Assembly: GCA_020891255.1 (NCBI GenBank)
Contig: BQFW01000013.1
Location: 186,001 to 250,000, forward strand
Direction of reading: 5' to 3'
DNA length: 64,000 nt
Origin: Entomortierella parvispora E1425
Lineage: Eukaryota > Fungi > Mortierellomycota
Below the pieces are notes generated by a model. It did no database searches, was not told the origin of the DNA, and saw only the letters and a list, made by a program, of their open reading frames with translations. How positions within the stretch are numbered: the stretch's first letter is position 1; each line of letters opens with the position of its first letter. Positions 35,401-48,637 of this stretch are shown one piece after another. Position numbers and translations under genes: made by a program.

Positions 35401-37492
35401 CACAGATGACTCTTGGCCCTGAACCCACTGGGCTGAGCTCTGATCCTGCTGACTTTGTATCTGATTAAAAGATGTAGAGCCAATGCTGGACACTGGAGTG
35501 CTCACGTTGCCCCGCAGCAGGCTAGTGGACTGATCAGAGCCTGTAGTGGGCGACAAAGACGGTAGCGGCCATGAAGAGGAGTCGGTTGCTGGGTATTGTG
35601 CTGGGATTCCAACGGCTGAAACAGGAGCTGCGGATGAAATTGAGTGGTTTGCCTTTGCCTTTTGTCCAGACTGCAAATGTTGATGTGGATGATGCGGCAT
35701 AGACTGTAGAGACGAAGAGTACGATTGCTGGGGGTGTGACGAGTCAATTGCCTGTTGAGTTTGAGGGGCAATATCTGACTGCTGCTGCCGCTCCTGCCGT
35801 CGCTGCTGCTGCAGTTGTTGCTGTTGTTGCTGGTGGTGTTGCAGATGTTGCTGCTGCTGTTGATGTTGTTGTTGCAGTTGTTGCTGTTGGACATGCTGTT
35901 GTTGTTGATGTTGCTGCTGTTGTCGCTGTAATGGGGGCTGTTGCTGCTGACTGGGCAAAGGCGCGTTCAAGCTGACTACCCTCCTCTGGTCAAGATTTGC
36001 GAAACCAAGATCATTCTCACTATATCCCTGTGGAAGCAAATCGGTTGCGCGTTGACCAAACGACGAGAACCCTGGGTATCCTCCAGCCTGCTGTTGTCCT
36101 GATCTCTGGTTCGGCAGCTCAAACGGTGGCGATTGCAAAGGCATGGCTTGATTGATAGTCGGCTGATTGAGATAAGTCGCAGAACCAAACAACGTGTTAT
36201 TATCCTGCATGTCTGAGAGGGATGGCAGCTGGCCTCGAGCTGGCGACACAAATCGCGACGCATCTGCATCCTGATAGTCTCTGGGCCACAGGTTGGGCGT
36301 TGAGTTGGGCTCAAACTTGACATGCGCCGTTAGCTCGTCCACAGTTAGGTGGGCTGTATTGTCGTTCGTCAATATGTTGGCGCGATCGGCTCTGATCGAT
36401 CCTGGGTTGGCGATGCGGATCGATTTTGCAATCTGTTTAGCCTGACCACTTAAAGCCTCCTTCCTGTAATCCAGGTCCGCATCAGTGGGTTCGGATGCAT
36501 GTCCGGGGCTAAAGAACTGGGGTGTCCTGTATGCAGAAGCGGATTCGGTTTCTGGGCCTGATGACGATGGACCCTGGACCGAAGGATTGGTCAGCTTCCT
36601 TTGTGCGGAGAGCTTCTTTGCAGTCGGTGGTTTTGACTTTTTGGGCTCTGCAGATCCAGCTCCGGTTTCCGCGCCTATCCCTGATCCTGATCCAGAAGAA
36701 GCAGTGATTGCAGAAGATGACACGCCCAAGACCTTCTCCTTGCTCAGCGGTGAGTCGCCCCAGGTGGAACGCGACAACTGCGCATCCGTGTAGATACAGT
36801 CGGCCTTGTTCCTCTGGCAGTTGGAGCACGGCACCCCGCTGTCGCACTTTCGCTGTTCAACAGAACCCAAAATAGAATGTAGAAAAAAAATTGTCAGGGT
36901 CCCAATCTGGCTCAACCTGAAAAAAAACAGAATGTTTGCCTTCAACAATGAAAAATGCTTGCGCTTGGTATTGGATGCGTACCTTGTTTTGGCGACATCT
37001 ATTGCAGGAGGTGGCCACTTTGTGCCGCTTTCGGGTTTTGGTGGAGGCCTGGAGGATAGTCAGGTCCATTTTTGGCCTGCCGTTGATGCCAATCATTCTA
37101 TTGCTGTCACCAATCCCAGTGCTGTTGCCACTCGTCCCTACTGGACTGGACCGGATGGGCTGCAGTGGCTGAGGATACATCGAAAGGCGCGCCGCCGTCG
37201 AGAAGGGGGGGTATGCCATACCTAGGCTCTGATTGTTACTGTTGTTGTTGTTGTTGCCACCGCCCCCATCTATGCCGGATATGGGTGGGGGTCTTGGGGC
37301 GATGGGGGTTGTCATTGGATTGGAGAAAGAAGGATAGTCGCGCATGTTCATGATAGGTCGGGATAGGTCGTCGTTCTGAAAGTGGAGATTGTTGTGGGAA
37401 TAACCGTTGAGGGGCCGAGCGCCGTTTTGTGGTTGTTGTTGCTGTTGCTGACGCGGATGTTGACGGTACTGTTCGCTTGGCTGAGGAAGCAT
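32453..37492 (-). CDS. Zn(II)2Cys6 fungal transcription factor with Fungal_trans-like middle region and polyQ tract
   Basis: Exons 37492-36983, 36852-35125, 35039-34865, 34783-33506 and 33417-32453. Cluster CNRCRQNK|RKCDSGVPCSNCQRNKADC; LVDVYFE|NACFYYP.IN; RLWAFW..Y.RD...L.FGWP. Start codon is uncertain. Confidence 0.88.
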
Positions 37493-38450
37493 GAGGGAGA
37501 GGACAACCACACCAGTCTCAATGTTCTGGTTCTCTTTTGTCGGTGGTAACGGTTTTATGAAGGGATATGGGGAAGGGCGAAGAGGGGCGCGAGGAGGGGT
37601 GCGAACTGGATTGAATAGGAGCACGAATCAACAGCGCAGTGTTACTGCTCCTCTCGGGCAGTCAGTCTGTTGAGGCTGGGTAGGATGGAATAAAACAAGA
37701 AAAAAGAGAAAGTGTCGGCTGCAGAGAAAGGGCTTGCGGGCTGGATGATATGAAGAGAGCGGGACTCCAAAAGCGAGGAGTGTGGGGGAAGAGAGATAGA
37801 GAGATGGAGAGAGATGGAGAGATATGGAGAGAGACCGAGACAAGAGATATGAGCAAGGAAGAAGAGAGAGAGAGAGAGAGAGAGCGACGAAGAAGAGGCG
37901 GAATAACAGAATGTTGGTGGAATAGAAGAGCGTTGGAAGAACGTCGATCGAAAGAGCGCCGGGGGGTGGTGGCACGGACGGACGGACGGACAGGGAGGAG
38001 GACGATTGATTGTCGAGGAGACAGAGGACTGACTGGGAGTGAGTGACACGAATGCCAGGGACCAGACACTCTGGATGAATTATCCTGAATTAGGGAAAGG
38101 GAGGAAGGAGGAAATGAGACTGACACCTGGAAGGGAGGAGGCGGAGGAGGAGGAGGAGGAGGAGGAAGATGACGACGATGATGATGATGGGCGTGCAGTG
38201 GCAGAGAGGGAGAGAGGGAGAGAGGGAGAGAGGGAGATGACAGAGATGACGGATGATGCCAAGGCGAGACAAAGGGTGGAGGAAAGACAAAGAGGGAAGG
38301 ACATTGGAGATGCAGGCATGTGCGTGAGTGCATGGCGACCGTGGAAAGCTTTGTCTGTTCTGTTTGCTGCTCAGCCTGATTCTGCATGGAAAAAGTTAAA
38401 ATAAAAACTAAAATTTTGGAGATTAAAATTTATTTATTCTCGATTTCAAG

Positions 38451-41400
38451 TTAGTCGAGCAACGAGCTGTGGCCAAATGGCTGTTGTTGCTGTTGCGGCT
38501 GCTGTTGGAACTGGGCCTGCATGGGTTGCATAGGCTGCATAGGCTGCATAGGTTGCATAGGCTGCATAGGCTGCTGTTGATATCCCGTCTGGTAAACAGG
38601 CTGCTGCTGCTGTGCTGGCTGCTGTCCTGGGTATACAGTGTTATACACAGGCTGTTGTTGAGTCGCGTAATTGTAAACAGGCTGCTGCTGCTGCTGTGTC
38701 GAGTATCCACCACTGTACACGGGCTGCTGCTGTTGCTGCTGAGGCGGCTGTTGAAGTTGCTGCTGAGGTTGCTGGTACGATGGCATCTGCTGCTGCATAT
38801 ATTGAACTTGGGGTTGCGACTGGGAAACGGGTGGGGTCGTCTGGTACAATGGTTGCTGCTGTTGCTGTTGGATAGGCTGTCCATAAACTGGAGATTGGTA
38901 CGATGACTGTGTAGGTTGCTGATAAGGCGCTTGGACAGCGGGCGACATAGGTTGCTGTTGCTGTTGCGGTTGGAATGCAGGCTGGACGTGTTGTTGCTGT
39001 TGTTGCTGATAAGGAGAAGGTGCAGACTGATACATGGGTGCCTGCTGCTGTGCTGGAGGCTGTTGCTGGGCCGGCTGGAAAGGTGCCTGAGGCGATTGCA
39101 TCACCGGCTGTGTCTGCGAATAAGGCTGCGATGCATATGGACGAGGAGCTTGTTGTTGATGTTGAGGTGCAGCGTTGGGCACAGTGTAGCTTCCTTGCCT
39201 CTGAAGAGGTTGCTGCAGCTGGGGCTGCTGTTGAATAGGTGCCATTGGCTGCGAGGGTTGGATTGGAGCCGGCTGAGGTGTCAGAGCAAATGGTCCGGTG
39301 TTTGGGATGGTCATTGAGTGACTGGACTGAACAGGCTGAGACGGTTGACCTGGCACAGAATGCTGAGGTGCTCCGTAGTTGAAGCTCTGGGCGGGACTAG
39401 CCATGGGAGCAGTTGCAGGCTGAGGGGCAAAGGCTGGTTGGGGGGCGTACGCAGGTTGAGGTGCATATGTTGGTGCAGTTGGTGGGGCAGCCATGGGCGA
39501 CGAATAACCCAGAGGTGCTGCAGGAGTCGACCACTGGCTACCCATGGGTGGTGCTGCTGCCGAAGCGGGCATGCGCGATGCACCACCAAGCTGCAAACCC
39601 ATCATGGCGTCCGAAAGCTGCGATCCCGAAGACGCAGTCGAGACACCGCCGCCCAACTTTGACAGTTGATCCTTGAGCGCTTTAGATTCACGCTCGGATT
39701 TAGTTGCTAGCACCTGTCGTTCCAACATCCCACGCTCTTCCTTTCTAGACTTGCAAAATTGGTCCACCGCCTTGGAGAGATCCTGCACCTGTTCATTGAG
39801 ATCCTCATAGAATCTGATTCCCTTTTTGTAGCCGTCTTGTATGGTCAAGTAGGAAGCCTTGGTCCTAAGCAGCTGATCGACGAGACCATTCCGTTTTCTT
39901 TCTGTGGTCTCCCATATTTCCTGCAGTCCTCGCGCCTCCTGGCCATTCATGAGCTCTTTAAAGTGCGCGGTGAGCTCCTGCATCAACGCTTGTTGGTGAT
40001 GAATAGTGGCAGTGATGCGAGTTTGGTGGGGTCGGTACTTTTCGAGTTCTTGAGAAAAGAGTTGAGGTTCAATGCCGGTCGACTTTTTGTTCAAAATTAG
40101 CAGATTGGAAATGTCGTCTTGTTGCGTCTAGTTGAATATGTTTTTTTAAACAAATAAAAAAAAAAAAGGAGCGTGAAGTTCAGTATACGGCCATGTTCAA
40201 AAGGTATGAAGCTCATCATCCGGTTCAAGAATCCTACCTTGACTTTCATATCCTCAAGGGTCTCCATGCGTTCTTGCTTGAGCTTTTTGAGTTTGGCAAT
40301 GACCTCTTCCACTTTAGCAACGGTCTTGAGAATAGCTTCGCTTTCTCCACTGTCTTCCACATCCAAAAGACTGTTGTCCGATTTCGTAGAGCCTTTCCTA
40401 GTCTTGCTGGCCTCAACAACCACCCGAGCAAAGAGTTGATCCAGTGCAGCTCCTTCTCGACCCTCGCGCAAGACCATGACATTGTTTGCAATTTGGTCAA
40501 AAGACCGGTAAAGATTTGCATCAGAAGTGGCTGCCTTATCAATCGACTCCAGCAACGCTTTAGAATCTGTCCTATATGCTTGGGTCAGTGGTCCGGATGG
40601 GCGCTGGGTCCAGAGGTCCGCATACTTTGCCTGTATCAAATTTTACCGTGTGGAGATTAGCACGCCGGTACTTCATACAGTGAAAAACAAAAACCAATAC
40701 CCGCACCATGTCCTTACCCTCATCATTTCGCATTGGCTGCGTTCCTCGTCCAATGACAGGTTGACATTCTCAATGGTATCTCGTGTTCCGTTCTTGAGGC
40801 GGTCCAGATTGCCAATCAATCCAGCGATATAGTCACCTCCAGTTTCCTGAGCCTGGATGAAATCAGCACATTCCTTGACAGCACTAGTGGGCACAGCCAA
40901 GGTATCCAACGTAGCAAGCTGGCTACCACTGTTTCCATTCTTGAACTTGTCCAGTCCTGCCGGCAAGTTCATAAACTCAAGTGCGCTGCTCAGCTCCTGG
41001 TTGGCAGTCTCGCACTTTTCAACCTCTGACCGGACGAGCTTCGCCTTTTCCTCCGAGTAAAGACTTGACGACTCATGGACAGAGAGTGGGATCAGCTTTT
41101 GGAAAGTATCTGGACCAATGACTTTTTGCATCTCGCTTTGAGTATAGAGCTCAGAGATGGGCAAGGGCTTGGTAACGTTCATCTTCTCGAGTGCTGGCAG
41201 GGATCCTTCGGCGGGGACAGCCTCATGGTAAATCATGTCGTTGTCGCGAACAGCCTGGTTTTTCTTTTCCGTGATTACAGCAAGGTGCGTCTTTGTAATT
41301 TCATGCAAAGTTGTTGCGGCCTCCTGCGTCAATGTCACAGTTGGGTGCGAGCTTTGAGTGAATCCTGAAGCAAAGGTCTTGGCCTGCTTCTCTGCATCCT

Positions 41401-42449
41401 TGATAGCGGTCTCTGCAATCTGAGCTCTGCTGACCATCTCGCCCCACTTTGAGTCTGACTCTGCAGCCAAGGATCGATAATACTGTGCAATTGCAGTGAA
41501 CAGCTTTGTTTTGATCTACAAAAGTAGGGCGTGTGTGTGTTAATTCAAACCCTCCACATATATGATTACTAGCAGGAATCAAAAAGGAGTGCATAAATTA
41601 CCTGGCACATTGTCTGCCAATTCTTTTCAAAGACTTGCTTCGAAACTCCATCAGTCATGGCCTCGACCGTAGTCTGGTAGCTCCCTGCGACCTGAGCGGC
41701 AAGTTTGGAGATGAGCGAGGGCTTCTTCTTTTCAGCGAGCGTCTTTTCCCAAAAGACCTCTTGTGCTTGCGCCAACATTAATGAGACCAACATCTTGACT
41801 GTATCTCGGCTCAAGTCGATTGAAGGCGCGTGCAGAAAGTTCTCGTTGATATATGTGTAAATTCCAGCAGATGCCTGATAAAAGTGGAATGCTTTCTTGA
41901 CACCCTCTGGTTCGTTTACTCGAGTTTGAGACGTTGCGATGGCGGAAAGAACCGAGGCAATGTTGAAGATGGTGCTTGCTTTCTCAAATGCCAAGGAAAA
42001 CTGTGAGGTGGGTCGTTGCGTGAACGCATCATACCTGAAATATATCAAAAAAAGAGATTGTTACATGCCAAGACTTTTTTTTTCATTTCTTGTGTACCAA
42101 CGGGCGACGCTGCCCTAGCCTTTAGCGCGACCCGGGAAAGACAGCACAATATAAAACATAGGCATGGTCCTTACCACATGAATCCAATCTTGATATGAGC
42201 CTCGTCGACAGGGAAACGCAGGTCGAGGATTTCGAGCTGGCCAAAATAACGGTAGAGGACATCCCTGCCCGTGACGTCGTTTCCAGCCCCGCGCATATCC
42301 TGGCGCAAACGGTGGATGGTTCCGGTCTCCTCAGCATACTTCTCAGGGTCGTCCTGGTATGAGACAGCGATGTAGCGCTTGAGGGGAGTTACCCAGTCGA
42401 CCTCGTCGGTCCTCTTGAGAGGCACGGATATCATTGGAGACTGTGCCAT
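38451..42449 (-). CDS. BRO1: BRO1-domain ESCRT accessory protein with V domain and Pro/Gln-rich tail
   Basis: MISVPLKRTDEVDW..PLKRYI, LYRYFGQLEILDLRFP, W|YDAFT.RPTSQFSLAFEKAS.IFN, RDNDMIYHE, YSEEKAKLVR; P/Q-rich C-terminus. Confidence 0.92.
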
Positions 42450-42971
42450 GGCTGCAGTGGAAGGCGAATAGGCCAGAGGGAGAGGGAAGGGAATGCAAGA
42501 AGGGGGAGCAGAATGCAGACCGAGATGGGAGAAGCAAAAAGAAGGGGAGGAGAAGAGGAGCAGTAGCAAAGATGGGAGGATGAGAATGCAGGCCGTGGGG
42601 AAGAATGAAGGAAAGAAGAGTGATGAGAAGAAGCAAACGGAGGAAGGAGGGCGAGTGGAACACGCTTCCCCCCTTGGTCACCTCGACGGGGACGGGGATT
42701 GGGCGCATCGGTCCTTGTGCGTGGAGGGAGGGAACGATGTGGGGAAGGGGTGCGGATCGCATGGGCTGCGGGCCACGCAAAATGATATCATGGTCCCTTG
42801 CCGCAGACTGGTCGGTGCACCCGTCGCTCTTTTCTTTCTCTCTTTCCTTCTCTCTTTCTTTCTTTCTTTCTTGACTCATCCACACAACCCTCACCTTCGT
42901 CATCTCAGTACTTTTACCTCAAACACAACGCACACACACACACACACACACTCAACAAGAACAGGAGCATC

Positions 42972-44281
42972 ATGGTCGACGAAACGAAACCCGCTGGATT
43001 TCGACTCCGCGTCAGCGCAGGACCGGACACGGACCATCTTACCATCCTCTCCGTCAACGACGACTCCAACCCGCTTCAGATCGAGTCTGACGAGTTCGTA
43101 GGTCAGATTGTCGTTCGCATCAAGGGCCTCGACAAAAAGTTTGGTTATGAGCAGGGCCAGCTGAAGGACAACCTCAAAGTCTTGCCTGATAGCCCTTGGT
43201 TCACAAAGCCTGGCGGCGATAACAACCTGAGCTCTGTTCAGGTCTCGGGAAGGTTCAAGCGCGAGTGGCCAGGAGATCAAGTCGTCTTTGGGGTAAGGAC
43301 CAGCAGCGATGTGTTTATGGGACGACTTTGAAATATCAGGCAGGGGCAGGTGGAAGAGGGGACCCTGAATCCTTGGCACACTCAATTTCCACAATTGCTT
43401 TTTGTCATTTCTCGTCCATTGATGCGATCATGCTGACGGATCAAGAAAAAAAATAGCGACATATGTAGCTATCACGCGCAAAATGCTGACTCCTATCTTT
43501 GCCTCCCCTATTAGAACCAATTCGACAAACCCTTGCGCCTTCCACCTTTTTCCTGGATAGCACTGCGCTTCATTCAATATATTGACCCTGGACTAAAGGC
43601 CGATATTTACAGTGACCGTCCTTGGGCCTTTAGTCCACTTATTGCGACCATGAACACAGTCAACGTTGCGGGTTGGCACATTGATCCCGCAACAAAGGAC
43701 AAAGCAGACAGGGCGGAAAAGATCGGGCAAGAGGAGGTCAAGGAACGGCTCGAACAAGAATTGCCGCCTTGGCCATCGCCTGACGGAGAGCACATTGTGG
43801 AGGACACATCCCTGTTGTTTTCGTCACCAAAGCAGGTGCCAGAGGAGGGTGAGCCCACTCAGGACGATGCGTCCAATGGGGTCGCCACTGCTTCGGATAA
43901 GGAGAGTGTAGTGCCCCCGACAACGGCACTCAACGTGAGCGCTCGCCGATCATTCTTTTCAAAGGAACAAAATCTAAAGGAGCACAGCTACCGACCAGAT
44001 CAAGTGTATGGATTCGACTTTTTCAACCCCTACTTGGACTTTGCCAACTTCACGCTCAATGTCCCTGGATTCAGTGTTGATATAACGCGATACTGGGATG
44101 GACAGGTAAAGTGGTACCTCAGACTCGGATTTCACTTGTGCAAGGCAAAAAATGGACTAACATGCCTCTTTACTCAATCCTATAGCCACTTACCTATGTC
44201 ATCAAGGCACAGGACGACTCGGTCATCTTCATGGTTTTCCAGTTTGAGTTACTTCCCTTGGAGGATACCATTGTAGAATGA
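42972..44281 (+). CDS. DUF1769-like protein
   Basis: FRLRVSAGPD...SDEFVGQIVVRIKG, SVQVSGRFK..W.GD.VVFG|NQFDKPLRLPP...IDPGL..D...RPWAFSPL; last exon PLTYVIK..DDS.IF.VFQFEL, TGA at 44279-44281. Confidence 0.8.
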
Positions 44282-44459
44282 CCTCGACCCAGGCAAATAG
44301 AGCAACTGGCATCTACCAAACATTAAATACAAAGCGCACGCCCTTTTGGCCTTTAAGTGAACCGAAACTTTGGGATCCAATGTAATAGATCTGGCTGGGA
44401 CCGGATCCCCTTGGACAGCTGCCAGTGCTTTCATTGTCTTTTGTCCACATGAGTATCGA

Positions 44460-44786
44460 TGCCACAGAACACCTCTTGAAGATTACGCAGTCTCTTCTGG
44501 AACTCAAACTCGATCGTTGTAGGATTGTCGCACTGGATATCAAAGCCATCCCGTTCATGAACATGAAAACGCCCTCAATCTCGAATCTGGATTGGCTCAG
44601 CTGGGTACACATTGCTGTTTGGAGAGCTTGGATTTTCTGGGCACCAGGCAAAACATGGAAGAGGATGACTGTCAATGGATACTTGACCACTTGCCAGCGC
44701 TCCAAGTGATAAGTGATGACTTTCGCGAGGATGAAGATGTTCGCGAGCAATTGCTGTGCAGGATGATTGACCTCGCCCGGATCTAA
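44460..44786 (+). pseudogene. C-terminal relic of an F-box/LRR-like gene
   Basis: HLLKITQSLLELKLDR, then a frameshift, then GYQ...ALNLESGLAQLGTHCCLESLDFLGTRQNMEEDDCQWILDHLPALQVI*. This matches the SLESGIDLL...LDV...EWF..HWPKL module of the intact copies. No upstream F-box part seen. Confidence 0.65.
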
Positions 44787-45402
44787 TGGCTCTACAGATA
44801 TTGGACGTGTTGCTTTTTGTAATAAACGCAAGCATCGTTGCATTTTCAAGAAGAACGCGAGCAACAGACTATCCGCGCACTTTTGACTGTGCATCAAACG
44901 GCTCCGTTGGCCCTGACCTCCTTTGTTCATTCAGGGCGGGTATCTGGTAGAAAATCTCGGAAATACAAGCATTTGGTATTTGACCCGTCTTCGCATCTGC
45001 ACTGCGCCGCCTATGACGAAGCATTGACTATGTTGCCTCTTTGAGAGCATTGGTCAATTGAAAAACAGCGCCCCATTGTTGCGCAAAAAAAAAAAAAAAA
45101 AAAAAAAATCTTCGGCGCGCTGAATAATACGGCGTGAGCAATGGGCGGAGCTGGTCGTTCCCAGGGGCACAGCGCGTCTGCACACAGTCGCATCGTTCAA
45201 CGGACAACGCTTATTTTTGACAAAGCAAATTGGGAACGGAAAAAAATATAAAAGGTGGGGTTGGAGAGAGTGCAATCCATCATCAACCAAGCATCGCCTC
45301 TCTCTCCTCACAAGTCTTCTCCTCCTCTGATCTTCCCACCTCTCTCTCCTCTCTACAGCAATTGCAACCCTCTCAGACACGACAAAGCTAACTCATTAAT
45401 CC

Positions 45403-47214
45403 ATGTCGCAGCCCAAACCCTCGACAGTCGTACTGTCTTTTTCGGAAAATGAGTCCACAACCACCATTGCCAACACGATCACAGACGTTGTGCCACCCTC
45501 AAGTGCCACGGCTGACAAAGCTACAACCTTGGACAAGCTTCGAACAAATTTGACGCCTCTTCTCCTGTACGTTGTGTCAACGGCCCAGTTCCTGGATGTT
45601 GGTAAGTTCAGCTCTGGTTTAGTTGACAGGGCCAATGGTGTCACAAACTTCGTCATATTTCGACATTGATTTCTAACCCATATTGTGTGCTTTGATTTTT
45701 TGTTGTTCTCCACAGTCAATGGCGCATCGGTCTCGGTCGCAATCCTTCCTATCGCAGAGGGACTGCAATTCAAGATGCCCGAAGTCATTTGGATCCTCAA
45801 CGCCTACACCATTGCCTTTGCCGGCTTGCTTCTCGTCTCGGGTCGACTCGGTGATCTGTTTGGTCATCGCCGGATGTTTCTGGCCGGTCTGCTCTGGTTT
45901 TCAACCTGGGCCATAGTCGTCTCGTTCTCCTCCACACCTCTCATGTTTATCATTGCTCGTGCCCTTCAAGGGATGGGGGCAGCAGGAACTGTCCCCACTG
46001 CTATGGCCCTCATCGCCACCAACTTTGCACCTGGCCCAGAGCGCACTAGGGCTTTTTCCGTTTTTGCAGCTTTTGGTGGCCTGGGAGCTGTGACAGGCAT
46101 CCTTCTGGCTGGTGGACTGATTGCCAGCATTGGTTGGCCATGGATCTTTCGCATCTCGGCCATTGCAGGTCTTGTCCTCTTTGTCCTTGGTTTTCTCGCC
46201 ATCCCCGTTAGTCCACCCAAGGCCGAGAAACCAAAAATCGACTGGATTGGCGCTGCCACAGTCTCCCTTGGTGTCACCGGTATTGTTTATTACATCTCGA
46301 CTGGTTTGGAGGATGGATGGGCCAGTCCCAAGACACTGCCCGTCTTTTTCGCGGGCTTGATTCTTTTGAGCCTGTTTGTCTTTACTGAATCCAAGGTGCA
46401 CTCGCCCCTGATGCCTCTTCGGATCTGGAAAAACAAGTCGTTCGCATCCTCGGTCGTCCTGGCGTTTGTCTCCATGGGCATGTTTCAAGGTGTCATCTAT
46501 TTTAGCAACCTCGTCTTTCAAGAAGTGTACGGCTGGACCGCCCTTCAGTCTGCTGTTGGGTTCCTGGTCCATTCACTGTTGGCCGTGGTCGTCTTTACGA
46601 CCCTGGGCCGTGTGATGCCTCGTCTCTCGCTCAAGCCATTGATCATGACTGGTTTCCTCTTGAGATGCATCACGGCCTTGATGTTTGCGTTCATGAACGA
46701 ACACACCTCGTATTGGGCCATTCCCTTTCCTGCCTTTATTATTCACATCTTTGGTGTCGGATTCTCGCTTCTGCCTATCCAAGTCACCGCAGTGAGGGAC
46801 GCCGACAACAAGGACCAAGGACTGGTCGGAGGCATGTACAATACCGGACTCCAGCTGGGTGCCCCCTTTGGAATTGCCATCTTTAACGTGATTGCTCTGT
46901 CCATTAACGGTAGTAGCAGTGACGCGTCTGTCAATGGCGGGCCCTTGTTGATGAAAGGATACAAGAACGCGTTCTTTGGTATCGTTGCCTTTGGTATCTT
47001 TGGATTCCTGTTGACCACAGCACTGCTGCCCTGGGATAAACCCAATCGCCCCGCAAAGGCCACCACGACTGTATCCGATATTGCGGTGGAGGCAGGCGCG
47101 GAAGATCTTGAGAAAGGCGAATCTGCGATCGAATCGAAATTGGATTCTGAAGTCAGCACAATTGTCAGCGTCAAGATCCCGGAACGTATCAAACCGTCCA
47201 TGGCCAATCTTTGA
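45403..47214 (+). CDS. MFS transporter, 14-TM DHA2 (EmrB/QacA-like) family
   Basis: Exons 45403-45601 and 45716-47214. AQFLDV|VNGASV.VA.LPI, WILNAYTIAFAGLLL..GRLGDLFGHRR, WPWIF; many TM segments. Confidence 0.93.
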
Positions 47215-47429
47215 AAAATCAGTCTTCGTTTTCATTTTATTTGCATATACCCCTTCATCATCGCCTTTTTGCATTGACCATTGGCACTGTAATTTATTCA
47301 TCATGTAGACAAACAAAATCTGTTAAAGACTAACTAGAAGTATATAAAGAGGAAGAAAACACTCTGAGGAAGCAATTAGACAAAGAGAGGATTGGGGAGA
47401 GTAAAAGGAGAGGAGAAGCACAGAAGCAG

Positions 47430-47879
47430 TTAAACAACCACCAAAGGCGTCTTCTTCTCATCCGGGTAGTAGATCTCGGTCACTTCAACCGTCTCTTCCT
47501 CTGCAACCTTTGCCTTTGTGTTGGCCACGGTGCATCCGCTCGACATCCATCCATTCATCCAGTTGCGCATACCCTCCAACTTGCTCCTAGTCTTGGCGTC
47601 CGCATTGGCGTACTCGTCCGTGGCCATGATGGTATCAAACTCGGTATTGAGCGTCGTCTGAATCTTGCGCTGGAAGTCTTCTCTGGCCTGGTCCTTGGCC
47701 CGTTTGTACTCGAGGTCAGCCTCGTGCAGGGCTTGTTTGTACTCGATCTCGTATTTCTTGGACTCTGACTTGATATAGTCTTTGCGTTCTTTGAACATGA
47801 GCCTGAGGGCAGCAGCGTTCTCCTTTTCGGATTCCGTTGCTGAGGAGTCGAAGTAAAAGTAGTTGAAGATGAACGACAT
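47430..47879 (-). CDS. Small helical protein of unknown family, paralog A (149 aa)
   Basis: Intact ORF with coding-like codon use; TATAAAAG-like element on the minus strand about 150 nt upstream; homologous to 59206..59700 (SEKEN.AAL, AT.EYA.AD.KTR.K, YYPDEKK). Confidence 0.85.
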   Translation of the reverse strand: MSFIFNYFYFDSSATESEKENAAALRLMFKERKDYIKSESKKYEIEYKQALHEADLEYKRAKDQAREDFQRKIQTTLNTEFDTIMATDEYANADAKTRSKLEGMRNWMNGWMSSGCTVANTKAKVAEEETVEVTEIYYPDEKKTPLVVV

Positions 47880-48637
47880 GGCTAAATGGTTCGATGGAGT
47901 AGTGTTTTTGAAGAAGAGGAAAGAGAGATGAGCGAAAAGGCTGGTGTGAGAGGGTTGTGGCTGGTGTATTGCTGTTTGAGCGTTCTGAAGAGGATGGGGA
48001 AAAGAGGGCTACAGCAGAGTTGGTTGGCCCTTTTATATTCATTCTACATCTCAAGAACAGATAGAAGAGTTCCCCAATGACACAGGCCAAGATGACAACC
48101 ACACAAGCTGGCCCTCGATCAAGGAGCGACCCGCTCTGCAAGGGAAAATAGATTGTCGACTCGAATTGGAAATTTTGTGATTCTCCGATCAGACACACGC
48201 AATGGGCTTGGCGTGTTTTTTGAGGTTGGACAAACAAGAGTCGATCTTGGCACGCAGAGCCATTTGTCGCCGATGTTGAAGGATACGAGGGAGGGGTGCG
48301 ATGACACCCGCACTTCACCCTGTGTGCGTGGCGCTCTACTTTGCGTCTTCCACCCCATGATGTGGATGTTGTGAAACGACTGCCAAGAGCTACTATGAAA
48401 GTGATCAGGCCGGTGGGGAATCTCGCCACGTAACCCATTTATCCAGATCTTTCCTCAATGCCTGCATTGTGAATGGACCAACCGTTGTGATTCTGAGGGT
48501 GAGGCAGAGAGGTATTATGAAAAGGAAAAAAGTGTACAAGGATTATTTCAGATATTTTTATTGCGGCGATGAGGTGTAGAGGTGTTGCAAGAAAGGCCGC
48601 ACAGCCTTCTATCGACTCGTGAACACGGAAAAAGATC

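Noticed and set aside
44313-44930. 205-aa minus-strand ORF
   Set aside because: Antisense to the F-box C-terminal relic; no motifs of its own.
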